NCBI GenBank assembly: GCA_050252335.1
Contig: JBFWLB010000007.1
Location: forward strand, 2,261-66,260
Direction: 5' to 3'
Origin: Candidatus Berkiella sp.
GTDB taxonomy: Bacteria > Pseudomonadota > Gammaproteobacteria > Berkiellales > Berkiellaceae
Length of the DNA stretch: 64,000 nucleotides
Part shown: positions 9,664 through 18,296 of the stretch, piece after piece
How positions within the stretch are numbered: position 1 is the first letter of the stretch
How the letters are laid out: each line of letters begins with the position of its first letter
The notes under the pieces: model-generated
What the model was told of the DNA's origin: nothing
What the model saw: only the letters and a program-made list of their open reading frames with translations
Database searches by the model: none
Translations under genes and position numbers: made by a program

Positions 9664-9837
9664 TTATCTTTTCTTAGGTGTTGTTGCATTTTGGCGATCA
9701 CGTTCTTTACGCACACTCTCGCGCTCTCTATCACGCCTTTTTTCACGCTCATGGTCATGATCATGACCTGTTTCTTCTTTATGATAGTGATGACTTTCTG
9801 TTCGCTCATCATGATCAGGAATATTGCGATTGCCCAT
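9664..9837 (-). CDS. 57-aa His-rich, highly charged small protein (not in ORF track)
   Basis: Hand-translated MGNRNIPDHDERTESHHYHKEETGHDHDHEREKRRDRERESVRKERDRQNATTPKKR*; SD AAGGA upstream. Confidence 0.68.
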   Translation of the reverse strand: MGNRNIPDHDERTESHHYHKEETGHDHDHEREKRRDRERESVRKERDRQNATTPKKR

Positions 9838-9969
9838 AACCGTCCTTTCCCCATATAAATTACACTTACTATTTATATCGTCATTTAAAGGATTTATTAA
9901 AGAGGATAATTAAAGCGTCAAAAAAGAGCCGCAAATATACAGCTTGTTAATTTGCACAGATATTTGAGA

Positions 9970-10557
9970 TTATCGATACAGATAAATGGTGAAATCATGA
10001 GGCATATAATCTTGCCTTAATACTACATTTGAAGTAATCTTCTTACAAAATTCAAAAACACTCCTTGGATCTGGATAAAATATTTCTGCCTCTTTTTCTA
10101 TCGCAAAAGCACTCAAACTATTAAAAGCGACTCCCTTTTTAGAACATAAAAAGAGCTTTTCAATTGTACTTTGCATAGAAGGCCAGTTTACAAAAGTAAA
10201 AATCCCACTTGCAATAACATAATCATATGCGGCATTCTGCATGGAATCCAAAACATTGGTTTCAAAGTCAAATAAGGGATAACGCTTTTTAGAGGCAACA
10301 ATCATTTGATCAACGGTATCAATACCTTTGTATAAACCACTAAATTGATTACTTAGTAAATAATCAATCAAGTGCCCTAAACCGCAACCAACATCTAAGA
10401 TTGAAGATTTAAAAAAATCTTCAGCAATTTTGCACAATACTTCAAACCTGATACGCTGAGATTCTGCACTTGCCCACTTTACACCACGATGATCAAAAGG
10501 ATAAGCCTTAGCGCTCTCAAAATATATAGCATTATTCCGAGTAATCAATTCAGTCAT
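9970..10557 (-). CDS. Class I SAM-dependent methyltransferase
   Basis: SILDVGCGLG motif I, YKGID, YDYVIASGIF. Confidence 0.88.
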   Translation of the reverse strand: MTELITRNNAIYFESAKAYPFDHRGVKWASAESQRIRFEVLCKIAEDFFKSSILDVGCGLGHLIDYLLSNQFSGLYKGIDTVDQMIVASKKRYPLFDFETNVLDSMQNAAYDYVIASGIFTFVNWPSMQSTIEKLFLCSKKGVAFNSLSAFAIEKEAEIFYPDPRSVFEFCKKITSNVVLRQDYMPHDFTIYLYR

Positions 10558-10587
10558 ATTTTTCTCTCTTTCTTAAAAACTAGTCTT

Positions 10588-11640
10588 TTAGCTTCTTTTG
10601 CAGTATCTTTTTGATATGGTTTCTTTAGAAAAATATTCAAATCCCAATGGATCTAGATCTTCTAAATAGTATTGATTAATCTTCTGCATCATCTTGCCAA
10701 ATTGACTTTTCTTAAATTTGCCAAAGTTACCTGAACTGATACTGGATGTACTTTTACGAAATGCCTCTTTTTCACTTTCATCTAAATCTATGAAAAGAGA
10801 AGATACAACATCTGATATTTTCATTCTGAGTGTATTTGTGCCAGTTTCATTGATAGCGCGCGCTTTGGTTAAAATCATATGTAATGCAACAAAACGAGAA
10901 AGCTTTGTCGATTCTTTTCTAGATGATAATAAGCTATTTAATGTACCCAATGAGTCAAAATTTATATCTTGAAATTTAAGTGCTAATTTATCATAACGTG
11001 TTTGCAATATTTGCATAATTTCTGAGCAAATCCCTGCATTTGTTATCATTTCTTCTGAAGATTCTACAAGTGACTTTTTTGATTTTTTTTTGACCACAGA
11101 AAAATGTGGTAGCATTTCTGCTATACCATAGTATTTCTTGCATTCATCAAACATATGTGCAATTAAAAATTCAATATGATCTCCACTTTTGGCAGAGATC
11201 TCTATTGCAGGCAATCCAAGTTTTGACGCCATGATACCTAATTCTACTCTTTTTACCTTCCACTCTACTTCTGAGATATCAGATTTAGCAATAAGCAGAA
11301 CTTTATAGATTGTATCTCCTATATATCTATTTGTATCGTTCAACCAAAATTCTGCATTCTGCACGGATGCCTTGTCGCAAGGATCAACAACCAATAATAC
11401 AGCATGCATGCCCTTTGGATACAAAATGGCATTCACTCTACTAATACCTTCCGATGGGACAAAATGAAAACACAATCTGATATCTTTATGCACATGCATC
11501 TGACCTTGTGCAAAATCATCTGCTAATAATTCATTATATTGTCCCTCTACCATCCTTTGAATGAGATGCTTCTTACCAACCTTAGGGTCTCCAGCAAGAT
11601 ATACATTAAAGAAAAGCTCTCTAGGTCCAGATACACTCAT
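10588..11640 (-). CDS. Rab/Ras-like small GTPase domain (degenerate) fused to an unknown C-terminal domain
   Basis: GDPKVGK P-loop, GMHAVLLVVDPCDKAS, AKSD, EISAKSG align by eye to the Rab fold. Confidence 0.8.
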   Translation of the reverse strand: MSVSGPRELFFNVYLAGDPKVGKKHLIQRMVEGQYNELLADDFAQGQMHVHKDIRLCFHFVPSEGISRVNAILYPKGMHAVLLVVDPCDKASVQNAEFWLNDTNRYIGDTIYKVLLIAKSDISEVEWKVKRVELGIMASKLGLPAIEISAKSGDHIEFLIAHMFDECKKYYGIAEMLPHFSVVKKKSKKSLVESSEEMITNAGICSEIMQILQTRYDKLALKFQDINFDSLGTLNSLLSSRKESTKLSRFVALHMILTKARAINETGTNTLRMKISDVVSSLFIDLDESEKEAFRKSTSSISSGNFGKFKKSQFGKMMQKINQYYLEDLDPLGFEYFSKETISKRYCKRS

Positions 11641-11696
11641 ACAACCACCCTAGTTGACAATCAAATTTCTCTAGAAGCTCTTTTAATAAAAATCAT

Positions 11697-12389
11697 TTAA
11701 TTTGGAGTCGGCAATTTATTCAAACAATTTTCTACTTTTTGTAATGTCATTTTCACAAAAAGATCCTCATCATCATGTTCAAAATATTCCTCATCTCCAT
11801 AGAGTGCCTTCATCCACTCTTTTGTTAAGTATTGTGGGCTATATATTTCTGAAATTGTGCAATATGAAATGTAATTTGGATGCTCTTTGTTATATACCGA
11901 TAGTTGATATATGTAGGCGGTGCCTTTACTCCTCTTGGCCTCATGCATCCACTTCATCACGGGTGCAGATAAACTTATCTCTCCAAAATAAATAGGTGTT
12001 TTTAGAATTTCCCAACCCGCTTCTTTCAAAGCTCTTCCAATAGATTCACCAGATAGAATCTTTTGATCATGCACGGTACGCAATAGTTCAGGAATAGGCG
12101 AAACATAATCAACAACTGCAAAAGTTCTCATGATTTTCTGTTTATCATGTGTGGAATATAAATTTGATATACGGCTGTCTGGGAAAATATCACTACATGC
12201 ATTAATGGTTTCCACACCATAGTTACCAAAAAAATGCTCAATACGTTCACTATTTAATTTGGGTTTTAATGCTGTTGCTGTTTTATCATTCGGTGAAGGC
12301 AAAGAAGTAGCACTTAGCATGATTGGAGAAATGAGCGCTAAACAAAAAACAGAGGCAGATATATATTTATTGATAATTTTTGTACGCAT
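11697..12389 (-). CDS. Hypothetical exported protein
   Basis: 230-aa ORF with N-terminal signal-peptide-like segment; no recognised family. Confidence 0.7.
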   Translation of the reverse strand: MRTKIINKYISASVFCLALISPIMLSATSLPSPNDKTATALKPKLNSERIEHFFGNYGVETINACSDIFPDSRISNLYSTHDKQKIMRTFAVVDYVSPIPELLRTVHDQKILSGESIGRALKEAGWEILKTPIYFGEISLSAPVMKWMHEAKRSKGTAYIYQLSVYNKEHPNYISYCTISEIYSPQYLTKEWMKALYGDEEYFEHDDEDLFVKMTLQKVENCLNKLPTPN

Positions 12390-12457
12390 GATCGTGCTTA
12401 TTGCAAATAAAAAGATGATTATATCAAATTAAGTCCCGTAAAAAAGCGGCATGATGT

Positions 12458-12520
12458 CTTTAAAATTCAACCAAACAAAATTGTCATCCAACTTACTTTT
12501 TGTTTGGTTGAATTTTAAAG
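12458..12520. repeat. Perfect 23-bp inverted repeat, 17-nt loop
   Basis: ctttaaaattcaaccaaacaaaa (12458-12480) / ttttgtttggttgaattttaaag (12498-12520). Confidence 0.9.
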
Positions 12521-12702
12521 CAAAGACTCCAAAGACAACGATAATACTGCAGATATCTAATTAATTACTTTCAACCGTATAGAGATTGATCATGCGATGC
12601 AAAATATAGGCAACGCCGCCACTCAGCCTCTTAACTTCTCCTTGCACGCATAACAGTTTCCTAGTAAACTATTATGCTTCTATTCGAATTAAAAACAAAT
12701 AA

Positions 12703-13179
12703 ATGAAACCTAAAAAGAGCAACACAGAGATAAGCAGCCTAGAAGCACATATTGGCTTTTGGTTGAGACTCGTTTCTAACCACGTTTCTTATGCATTTGC
12801 ACGCAAACTGGATGCCAGTGGTGTTACCGTGGCTGAATGGGTGGTGTTACGAGAAATGTATGGTTATGAGGCAGCTATGACTTCTCCAAGCACTGTTGCT
12901 ACGCTTACAGGCCTCACCAGAGGAGCCGTATCCAAACTGATTGATAGACTTCTCAATAAACAATTAGTCACACGCACAGAATCTAACGATGATAGACGTT
13001 TTCAAAATATTCAACTTACCAAAGAGGCGATTCGCCTTGTACCCAAACTTACCGCACTTGCAGATGAAAATGATGAAGCTTTCTTCTCAATGCTAAGCAG
13101 TGCAGAACAAAATACGCTGAAAAAAATTCTTAAAAAAACCGCTCACTTTCATCAACTAAAAAAGATACCTATAACATAG
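12703..13179 (+). CDS. MarR family transcriptional regulator
   Basis: GVTVAEWVVL, GLTRGAVSKLIDRL, DDRRFQNIQLT. Confidence 0.92.
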   Translation: MKPKKSNTEISSLEAHIGFWLRLVSNHVSYAFARKLDASGVTVAEWVVLREMYGYEAAMTSPSTVATLTGLTRGAVSKLIDRLLNKQLVTRTESNDDRRFQNIQLTKEAIRLVPKLTALADENDEAFFSMLSSAEQNTLKKILKKTAHFHQLKKIPIT

Positions 13180-13191
13180 AAGAGGAAAAAC

Positions 13192-13584
13192 ATGAATATA
13201 TCCGTCATCCAAAATATCATTCAACAATCTCTGCAGGGCACACTCTCTTTTCCAGAAGTGGTTATGAAACTCAGCGCACTCGACGTTGAATCCTATCATG
13301 TCGATCTGATTCGTTCAGAAAATCGTTATTATTTGGCCAATGGCAAAACGCATGTTGAATCTGTTTCCCATGAGCACATGACAGCAGAAAAACAATTTTC
13401 TGGCCATCTGGTTGCAGAAGCCATTCGCACAATTCAAGCGAATAAAATTAACTATCAAGAATTTTTGAACAGAATTATGGCTGCAGGCACAGTTTATTAT
13501 ATTGCTTACCTCTCAGGAAAAAAAGTCATTTACTTTGGACGAGATGGTGACTTTCATGTAGAACACTTTCCACAAGCTCAATAA
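13192..13584 (+). CDS. DUF1398-like protein
   Basis: LSFPEVV...VESYHVDL and YQEFL...AGTVYY duplicated pattern; follows MarR. Confidence 0.65.
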   Translation: MNISVIQNIIQQSLQGTLSFPEVVMKLSALDVESYHVDLIRSENRYYLANGKTHVESVSHEHMTAEKQFSGHLVAEAIRTIQANKINYQEFLNRIMAAGTVYYIAYLSGKKVIYFGRDGDFHVEHFPQAQ

Positions 13585-13608
13585 CTTATCCTTTAGGAAA
13601 ATATACCA

Positions 13609-13845
13609 ATGACCTTCATTCAACCAGGAAAATATCGTCATCACAAAACCCAGAAATTATATGAAGTCATTGGTATGGCCATACACAGTGAAACATTGGA
13701 AGAATTAGTCGTCTATAAAGCGCTCTATACATCCGAAAGATTTGCCATGGGTCAACTATGGGTACGTCCTGCTACATTGTTTCTTGGAAAGATAAAAACT
13801 CAAAATAATGAAGAGGTTACAAGGTTCGAATACTTGAGAGAATAG
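13609..13845 (+). CDS. DUF1653 domain protein
   Basis: GKYRHHK, YEVIG-A-HSETLEELVVYKALY, WVRP, RF motifs. Confidence 0.85.
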   Translation: MTFIQPGKYRHHKTQKLYEVIGMAIHSETLEELVVYKALYTSERFAMGQLWVRPATLFLGKIKTQNNEEVTRFEYLRE

Positions 13846-13865
13846 CGTATAAGTGACGAATTTTT

Positions 13866-13959
13866 TTAATTTTCTTTCTTTGTTATCAAAAAAAGAAGCC
13901 CCTTTAGGTGCAGAGAAGGATTTTTAAAATAAAGCTTAAAAAAATCCTTCTGCAGTCAC
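13866..13959. repeat. Partial inverted copy of repeat at 45141-45303 (copy E)
   Basis: ttaattttctttctttgttatcaaa...cctttaggtgca.agaaggatttttaaaataaa matches the reverse complement of ~45200-45290. Confidence 0.8.
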
Positions 13960-14162
13960 ACAACTAGAAATAGATTTTTCACCTCATTACTAGAATTGGA
14001 TAGTCGCTCAGCTCCTATATAGGAAATTTCTACAAACTTCTTCTAGAATTCACAACTCTCATATCCGGCATATCATTTTCAGATTCAGGAGTGAAGGTTG
14101 TAATTCATTACTCAGTTCTGAATCTCTACGCAACATTTATAACGCCTATAAAGAAATAATTT

Positions 14163-14498
14163 TTATTTCTTTCTTCTTCGCTCTCTTGGAGGCATTGGAG
14201 ACTGGGACTGGGACTGAGGCTGAGGCTGAGGCTGAGGCTGAGGCTGAGAAGATATACTAATCATTGGATTACGAGAATGTAAAAAAGAAAGTAAAACAGC
14301 AGGAATAGGTCTTGCTAACACATTTTCTTGATTTACCGGCTCATTTCCTTGGTTCTCCAGAAGATTTCCAATATCTCGTCTCATATTTCCTCTATTTGCA
14401 CGAACAGGTACAAATGCTTGCAACAATTCACGCTGTGCTACTGGATCCATACCTGGTAGAACATCTTCTACATTTACTATTTGAGTTTTATGCGACAT
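14163..14498 (-). CDS. Hypothetical 111-aa protein with (PQ)n tract and basic C-terminus
   Basis: ATG 14498 with SD GGAGA; ends SQPQPQPQPQPQSQSQSPMPPRERRRKK. Confidence 0.6.
   Translation of the reverse strand: MSHKTQIVNVEDVLPGMDPVAQRELLQAFVPVRANRGNMRRDIGNLLENQGNEPVNQENVLARPIPAVLLSFLHSRNPMISISSQPQPQPQPQPQSQSQSPMPPRERRRKK
14196..14249. repeat. Hexamer tandem repeat (ctgagg x5 plus variants)
   Basis: ctgagg at 14214, 14220, 14226, 14232, 14238, flanked by ctggga x2 and ctgaga; in-frame in the ORF. Confidence 0.9.
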
Positions 14499-14623
14499 AT
14501 TTTTCATCTCCAAATATAAAAAAATTGAATATTTCGGTGTTTTTAAAAAAAAACAAGATAACATATATAATAAAAATTTATTAGATGATATAATTAGAAC
14601 AAATTGTTTGATTAAGTAATATA

Positions 14624-15511
14624 ATGATTGATGAGTTACGTGCACTTGCAATCTTTGCCAAAACGGTAGAGGCTGGCTCATTTCGAACAGGCGCTAAAGA
14701 GCTAAAGTTATCCCCTTCTGTTGTCAGCCATCATATTTCCCAGCTAGAAGAGCGATTAGGCGCCACTTTACTGTATCGCTCCACACGTCATCTTTCTCTA
14801 ACGCAAGATGGCGAACAACTCTTTCTTGCGGCAAAAGCAATGGTAGAGGCTGCTGAAAGTGGACTGAATACCATTATGCATCAATCTCCTGAACCTTCAG
14901 GCAAATTAGTGGTTACTATTCCTGCTGCACTCACCCGCAGTGCATTAGTTAAAGATCTGATCGATTTTGCCAAGACTTTTCCTAAAATCGGATTATCTAT
15001 TAGCTTTACAGATCTACAAGAAGATTTGATCCGTCAAGGAATCGATCTTGCAATACGCATCGGGGATTTACAAAATAATACATTAAAGGCGAAAAAACTT
15101 TCTGAGATGAAGCGCACGCTGATTGTGGCGCCAAGTTATCTGAAAGGCCGGAAAAATCCAAAGAAGCCACAAGAGCTCATTGACTTGGACTGGATTGGAT
15201 TGAAAACACGCCCTGATCAGCGGACATTAGTAAATAGCGCTGGAAAAAGCTTTGAGATCAATTTTAAGCCTAGAATTGTTGTTGATAGTCTGGATGCTGT
15301 TCGAGAATTTGCCATCGCGGGCTTAGGGCTTGCCACCCCTCCCACCTTTCTCGTTGAAGAAGATATATGTCAAGGTTTGCTTGTTGAGCCCTTACCTGAA
15401 TGGGGTATCGAGTCACTGGGTGTTTACGCGGTTTGGCCCCCCAATGCCTCTAAAGAGTCTTTAACCTTCCGACTGATCGATTTCTTAGAAATGCGAAAAA
15501 GCGGTTTGTAA
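14624..15511 (+). CDS. LysR family transcriptional regulator
   Basis: FAKTVEAGSF...LSPSVVSHHISQLEERLG-TLLYRSTR; DLAIRIG. Confidence 0.95.
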   Translation: MIDELRALAIFAKTVEAGSFRTGAKELKLSPSVVSHHISQLEERLGATLLYRSTRHLSLTQDGEQLFLAAKAMVEAAESGLNTIMHQSPEPSGKLVVTIPAALTRSALVKDLIDFAKTFPKIGLSISFTDLQEDLIRQGIDLAIRIGDLQNNTLKAKKLSEMKRTLIVAPSYLKGRKNPKKPQELIDLDWIGLKTRPDQRTLVNSAGKSFEINFKPRIVVDSLDAVREFAIAGLGLATPPTFLVEEDICQGLLVEPLPEWGIESLGVYAVWPPNASKESLTFRLIDFLEMRKSGL

Positions 15512-15544
15512 TTTTAGGCACAAGATTTTGAAACACAAACCAAA

Positions 15545-15838
15545 CTATTTTTTCAATTTCTTAAAATACTCATTTAATTCAATGGGTGCAAGAATTTCTG
15601 GCTTACCATCTTTTGTAAATTCAGTGCCTTGATATATCTCACACTTTGAGAAAGATCTATTTTTCCAAGGATTATGGATCTGTTTGCCTATTTTAGATTT
15701 TTCACTGTTGAAGGTAACCAGATTAACCAGATCTCGCGCCTTGGTTTCAGAAACAGCACGCACAATAATAGAATCTAATTTTTTAAATTCTGCAGTGGGC
15801 CACTTTGGATTAAACGGTGTTAAAATAAATAGCTGCAT
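15545..15838 (-). CDS. Hypothetical protein
   Basis: 97-aa ATG ORF filling the intergenic gap; no recognised motif. Confidence 0.55.
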   Translation of the reverse strand: MQLFILTPFNPKWPTAEFKKLDSIIVRAVSETKARDLVNLVTFNSEKSKIGKQIHNPWKNRSFSKCEIYQGTEFTKDGKPEILAPIELNEYFKKLKK

Positions 15839-15877
15839 TTCTCTTCTTATTTAAGGTAGGTAGTACGTCAATATTTT

Positions 15878-16459
15878 TTAATAGCCTGGATGGCTTTCTA
15901 AGAATTCAATCTCCGCCCTTGTGCTTTCACGAGACAATATTTTATTGCGATGTGGAAAGCGCTGAAATTTTTGAATAATTTGGTGATGATCTTCGGCATA
16001 GCTCAAGAAGATCTGCGCAATATTCTTGTATTCGGCTGCAGTCTCAAGAAAAAGCTTTTCGTATAAAGCAACACTCTTTTCCTGATCGTCAATATTTTCA
16101 GAATGCTCGAATGGCAAATATATAAAAACACGTTCTGTTAGAGTCAGTTTTTTATCAAGACCTTGTTCTATTGCTGCTTTAGCAGCGTTTAGAGCCAATG
16201 TATCATACTCAAACATATGGGGTGTATTTCTAAAGAGGTTACGTGAAAATTGATCGATTAAGATAATATAAGCTAAAGTGCCTTTGGAAGATTTCAACCA
16301 ATTATTTAATTCACCTTGTATGGCTTGCTCTCTTCGTAAAGCAAATTGCTTACGAATAGTATTATCTATTTTCTCATCTTTTAGCCACCATAAATTTCGA
16401 TTGTAAATAGGTGCCTTTTCATGTTCATAATCGAACCAAAAATTTAATATTTCATCCAT
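15878..16459 (-). CDS. DUF924 family protein
   Basis: ILNFWF, LAYIILIDQFSRNLFR, FIYLPFEHSE, FQRFPHRNKIL-REST. Confidence 0.92.
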   Translation of the reverse strand: MDEILNFWFDYEHEKAPIYNRNLWWLKDEKIDNTIRKQFALRREQAIQGELNNWLKSSKGTLAYIILIDQFSRNLFRNTPHMFEYDTLALNAAKAAIEQGLDKKLTLTERVFIYLPFEHSENIDDQEKSVALYEKLFLETAAEYKNIAQIFLSYAEDHHQIIQKFQRFPHRNKILSRESTRAEIEFLESHPGY

Positions 16460-16948
16460 TGTTTTGTCTTTTCCTCAAGTTTGATGTTTCACTATACTAT
16501 CGATTATACAAAAATACATACCTAAATAGATTTCTTAATACCCATTTATTGGCTTATCTATCTAAAAAAATGCTGTGATTTTAAAAAGTTCTACCATATA
16601 AAATTTATGATAAGCATCAAGTAGGCATAAGATATTATAAATCAAAACCCTTAGCTAACAAGGCTTCTAAGATGATGTTGGATTTGCTTGACAATGAATT
16701 TTCTGTGACAGCAGGAATTGAACGATCATATTAATCAATCATGTGTATAGGATGGTAGGGACAATATTCTAAAATGGAATTCCATGAATATAAAATGAGT
16801 AATTACATCATTTAATCAGTGTAAACACGGGCTCAAAGAGGGTTGGATGGGGCGATCAAACACATAAATATTGACAATACAGATTTCTAACTATAATCTT
16901 TCTGAAGTTATAAAACGCTCAATATTTATTAAAATAGGAACTTTGCAA

Positions 16949-17902
16949 ATGCCTTTCAATCTTGGTTTAGCACGCGTAACCACTGAATTTACCATTAATG
17001 AGCAGGATAATATGCAAGCAAATCCTGAAGATAAAACAGCTTTGGTAAATGCGTTATTGGAAAATAAAAATTTGCTAAAAGTAAATAATCTTGGGCATAG
17101 CTTTGACGAACAGGCAAGAAAAAGACTAGATATACATTTAACAAGTAACACTCGCGCACTTCTTGACCATACTAAGATAGAAGTTATTTTTTACAGCAAT
17201 GATAATACTAAAAAGACTCGTAAAGATAACTTTCGTTTTGATGATCCTGCCTTTTATCAAGCTAAAAAGATTATATTCTTAAAATTTAGACTTGCTGAAG
17301 GGGTTAGTGAAGCAGCTTTAAAGCTTGCAACATTAAAATCCTTTATGTTAAAAGAACTCCTAAAATGTCATCATTTGCAATACTGTTATTTTTGGGGATT
17401 AATAAATAGACCCACGCCATTCTTAAATCATCAACAAGAAAATTTATTAGAGCGAATTATATATCGAAACAAAAGATATCTTTCAAAATATCAATTCGAT
17501 TGGCCTCGTTGGACAGGAATAGCATTTGGCGTGGTAGGCTTAAGTGCCCTCTTTTTACCTGGGTTTGGTATATTAAAAGGCTTACTTTCAGCAGCTACTC
17601 TTTTTGTAGGTGGTGTTAATGTAGGGGCTGCTATTTCATATTTTCGTGAACAATTTTTATTTAAAGTTGGCTATAATAAGCTGCAAGACTTAAAAGAAAA
17701 CAAAATCCCTAATGATGAATCAATAAAAGAATGTTTAATAGCTGGCCAGAATTCGAAACATTGGAAGGGATATTTCAATAGCTTTTTGAATTGGAAAAGC
17801 TATTCACCCAAAAATTACCCCGCTTATGCAGCGGGACTCTATACCGGCGTTCATCGTTTAAAGGATCAGAAAGAAGCTATTAAGAAATTGCGTCCTAATT
17901 AA
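16949..17902 (+). CDS. Hypothetical membrane protein, effector-like orphan
   Basis: ATG 16949 with SD; Gly-rich double hydrophobic segment in the C-terminal half; no family recognised. Confidence 0.6.
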   Translation: MPFNLGLARVTTEFTINEQDNMQANPEDKTALVNALLENKNLLKVNNLGHSFDEQARKRLDIHLTSNTRALLDHTKIEVIFYSNDNTKKTRKDNFRFDDPAFYQAKKIIFLKFRLAEGVSEAALKLATLKSFMLKELLKCHHLQYCYFWGLINRPTPFLNHQQENLLERIIYRNKRYLSKYQFDWPRWTGIAFGVVGLSALFLPGFGILKGLLSAATLFVGGVNVGAAISYFREQFLFKVGYNKLQDLKENKIPNDESIKECLIAGQNSKHWKGYFNSFLNWKSYSPKNYPAYAAGLYTGVHRLKDQKEAIKKLRPN

Positions 17903-18045
17903 TATTTATTCAAGCACTAAAAATGTGCTCATCAAAATGAGCAAAGAGAAATTGAGAGACAAAATTTAAGTGTGGCTATTTCACTCAAATATTTGGGGTC
18001 GGATTCTAGTGGACCTAGTAAAACAACTTGGGACAGGTTATAAAG

Positions 18046-18120
18046 TGTAGTAGCTCAGACTTAATCTGACCGTTACCTGTTTTATTAAGGTGTCTGTTAG
18101 ATTAGATTTGGGCTACTACA
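18046..18120. repeat. 75-bp imperfect hairpin (25-nt arms) with TGTAGT...ACTACA ends
   Basis: tgtagtagctcagacttaatctgac pairs with gttagattagatttgggctactaca at 20/25 Watson-Crick positions, with four G-T pairs. Confidence 0.75.
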
Positions 18121-18296
18121 AATTATTTTCCCTGATGATTTTTAAGGATATTTATTAAATTTTGATAATAAATAGAAAAAATATCTTAAGTAGCTTAAGA
18201 AAACTTTGATGATCCCCAAAATATGTTATTTCTATTCGAAAACTCAAAATTTCAAAGCAATCCACTTTCACTAATGGTGTTACGATATGTGAGTAA

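Noticed and set aside
9630-9854. 74-aa ORF in the track
   Set aside because: Implausible Met/Ile-rich product; the overlapping frame 9664-9837 has an SD and a coherent composition
13960-14110. Possible GNAT-like pseudogene fragment on the minus strand
   Set aside because: Only a few residues resemble the family across broken frames; cannot be supported without a search
18064-18102. Integron attC site (ATCTGAC...GTTAGAT)
   Set aside because: The span is far shorter than known attC sites, there are no L boxes, and no integron integrase or cassette array is present
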